This document shows, in pieces, positions 62,252 to 64,000 of a stretch of DNA of 64,000 nucleotides; position 1 is the stretch's first letter; the number at the start of each line of letters is the position of its first letter. The stretch is from an uncultured delta proteobacterium (GTDB lineage Bacteria > Myxococcota_A > Polyangia > Polyangiales > Houyiibacteriaceae). The stretch is from the NCBI GenBank assembly GCA_963699755.1, contig CAVOVB010000001.1, positions 1,856,001 to 1,920,000 of the forward strand, written 5' to 3'. Both the position numbers and the translations under genes were made by a program. The notes below the pieces were generated by a model. It was not told where the DNA came from. It ran no database searches and saw only the letters and a program-made list of their open reading frames with translations.

Positions 62252-63313
62252 TCAAAAGGCGTGGGTTTCGCCGATGCGGAGCAACCATGCGGCATCGTCT
62301 CCGAGAGCTCCCTCGGATGCCGCTTTCTTGAAGCGCGTGGGCGGTTCGTCCAGAGGCTCGTCGGAGAGCTTGAACGTGCCGTAGTGCATCGCGACGGCGG
62401 CGCGGGCACGAAGATCGATGGCCGCTTGCACCGCTTCTTCGGGATTCATGTGTGAAGCCTTCATCATCTCACTGGGCTCGTAGGCGCCGATCGGCACAGC
62501 GGCCAGGTCGAACGGCCCAAGCGCCTCGGCAATCCGGGCAAATCCGTCGAAGTAGCCGGTGTCCCCCGCGAAGAAGAACTTTCGCTCCGCGCCGACCACG
62601 GCCCAAGACGACCAGAGTGCTTCGCGGTCGTCGCCGATGCCCCGCTTGCTCCAGTGCTGCGCGGGCAGGCAGTAGACGCGCACCCCTTCGTGCTCGACGT
62701 GCTGGCCCCAGTCGAGCTCTTCGACGTTTTCGATTCCGTTCTCGCGAAGGAGCTCACCGTTCTCGAGTGGAACGAAGAAGCGCGTGTTGGGATCCCGCTC
62801 CGACAGCAAGACCAAGCTTGCAAGGTCGAGGTGATCGTAGTGATTGTGCGAGACCATCACGAAGTCGATTGGCGGAAGATCATCGATCGCGACACCTGGC
62901 TCCACGAGTCGTTGCGGCCCCGCGAAGGAGACCGGACTTGCCCGGTCCGACCAGATCGGATCGGTGAGAAACGTCAGGTGACCCATTTGAACGAGTAGCG
63001 TCGCGTGACCAATCCAGGTCACCGTGGGCTCGCTGTGCTTGGCATTCTCGCGCAGCCAGGCGCCATCGTTGGCGACCCGATCGAGCGCACTCGGAATCTC
63101 CGTGAAAGAGCTCGTGATGCGCCGGAGGAAGAAGGGCAGCGTCACCGCAGCGCTTACCTCGGGCATCGGACCGGCAAAGTTCGTGAACCGACCGTCATCC
63201 TCGCGAGGGGCCGGGCCGAGGGCATCCTCGAAGGGGGAGGCAGCGGCGGGAGAGACCAGCGCCATCGCAAGGATTGCGAGTACGCGGCCAAGCTGGTTTC
63301 GGGACGACGCCAT
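62252..63313 (-). CDS. Exported MBL-fold hydrolase (NAPE-PLD/RomA-like)
   Basis: WIGHAT, TDPIWSDRASP, SHNHYDHLD, PAQHWS, GDTGY and HYGTF. Confidence 0.9.
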   Translation of the reverse strand: MASSRNQLGRVLAILAMALVSPAAASPFEDALGPAPREDDGRFTNFAGPMPEVSAAVTLPFFLRRITSSFTEIPSALDRVANDGAWLRENAKHSEPTVTWIGHATLLVQMGHLTFLTDPIWSDRASPVSFAGPQRLVEPGVAIDDLPPIDFVMVSHNHYDHLDLASLVLLSERDPNTRFFVPLENGELLRENGIENVEELDWGQHVEHEGVRVYCLPAQHWSKRGIGDDREALWSSWAVVGAERKFFFAGDTGYFDGFARIAEALGPFDLAAVPIGAYEPSEMMKASHMNPEEAVQAAIDLRARAAVAMHYGTFKLSDEPLDEPPTRFKKAASEGALGDDAAWLLRIGETHAF

Positions 63314-63477
63314 GGCTGGGAGTGGATCTGGGGCTGGGATGGTCGAAACGTAAGGTCTTCAGAAGAAAAGTCAGCACTCGCGCTGTAAACGCCGTGTCCG
63401 AAGTCACCCAACCCGCCCTCAACGAGCGCTCCCGTCTTCCGTTTTTGCATCCAAGCGAAACTCGACCTATGAGCTGA

Positions 63478-63963
63478 ATGGAGATGATGAGCTCGGAGCC
63501 GTCGCCATCGATACGTTTCTCCGGCCCCTGGAATCAGGCCCGCGTTCAGGAGTTCCTCGCTGAGACGCGCATCCCCATGCGGCTCGCCGCGAACACCGAC
63601 TCGGGTTTCCCCATCGTCCTTTCTGTTTGGTTCCTACCCGAAGAGGACGAGCTCCTCGCGGTGGTCCACCAGGACGCGCGGATCGCGAAGCGCTTAAAGG
63701 CGGACGCCCGCTGCGCCTTCGAGATCGCTCCGGATCAGCCACCGTACCGCGGCGTGCGGGGACAAGCCACGGCCAGCCTCGACTCGGACGGAGCCGCTGC
63801 ACTCCTTGAACGGCTCCTCGATCGGTACCTCAGCTCGACCAACTCCAGCCTCGGCCGCTTTCTGCTCGCGCGCGCCGAAGAGGAGCTCATCGTTCGTCTC
63901 CGGCCGAACTGGATGGCTTCCTGGGACTACAGTCGGCGCATGGAGGACGCGCTGCAAAGCTGA
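63478..63963 (+). CDS. Pyridoxamine 5'-phosphate oxidase-like split-barrel protein
   Basis: MRLA...GFP...VWF, PYRGVRGQA and SWDYS. Confidence 0.8.
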   Translation: MEMMSSEPSPSIRFSGPWNQARVQEFLAETRIPMRLAANTDSGFPIVLSVWFLPEEDELLAVVHQDARIAKRLKADARCAFEIAPDQPPYRGVRGQATASLDSDGAAALLERLLDRYLSSTNSSLGRFLLARAEEELIVRLRPNWMASWDYSRRMEDALQS

Positions 63964-64000
63964 AGCAGGCTTCGCCTGGGCCGACCCGTCGGATTCGATG

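Overview
This is a GC-rich bacterial window. Gene content and the Gly/Cys-rich lipoproteins suggest a Myxococcota/Polyangiales-like organism, but that is an inference. About 50 coding loci were annotated; no rRNA, tRNA, CRISPR array or intact mobile element was seen. From left to right: (1) a copper/arsenic block (cusA-cusB-tolC behind a Cys-rich leader ORF, divergent copA, an ArsC-like LMW phosphatase, acr3); (2) frmA with a glyoxalase-II-like hydrolase; (3) a heavily frameshifted stretch at about 14.5-21.3 kb (CDP-alcohol transferase, SDR, a fabH/amidase junction, GDPD, GFA, Ysc84, DctP, a Ser/Thr kinase with PP2C, AtoE); (4) a LiuR-type regulator with its operator, plus BKACE-scoA-scoB and acyl-CoA dehydrogenases; (5) GST, an AGPS-like oxidoreductase, an alpha-carbonic anhydrase and an SDR; (6) a four-gene inorganic-carbon operon (sulP-dabA-dabB plus an extra Nuo-like subunit) behind a signal-peptide leader ORF ending in RGPP; (7) a sigma-54-driven ceramidase/PQQ dehydrogenase/lipid kinase/acyltransferase operon; (8) WS/DGAT, EXPERA, a DEAD helicase, a TMTC-like glycosyltransferase, MscS, TerB and CorA; (9) a large membrane-anchored P-loop NTPase paired with MscS. 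The best candidates for undescribed biology are the RGPP leader plus hairpins before the DAB operon, the NTPase-MscS pair, and the leader plus SD-sequestering stem before the cus operon. Many frameshifts and three abrupt junctions look like long-read or assembly errors, so coordinates of frameshifted genes are approximate. All calls come from reading motifs by eye; no searches were run.
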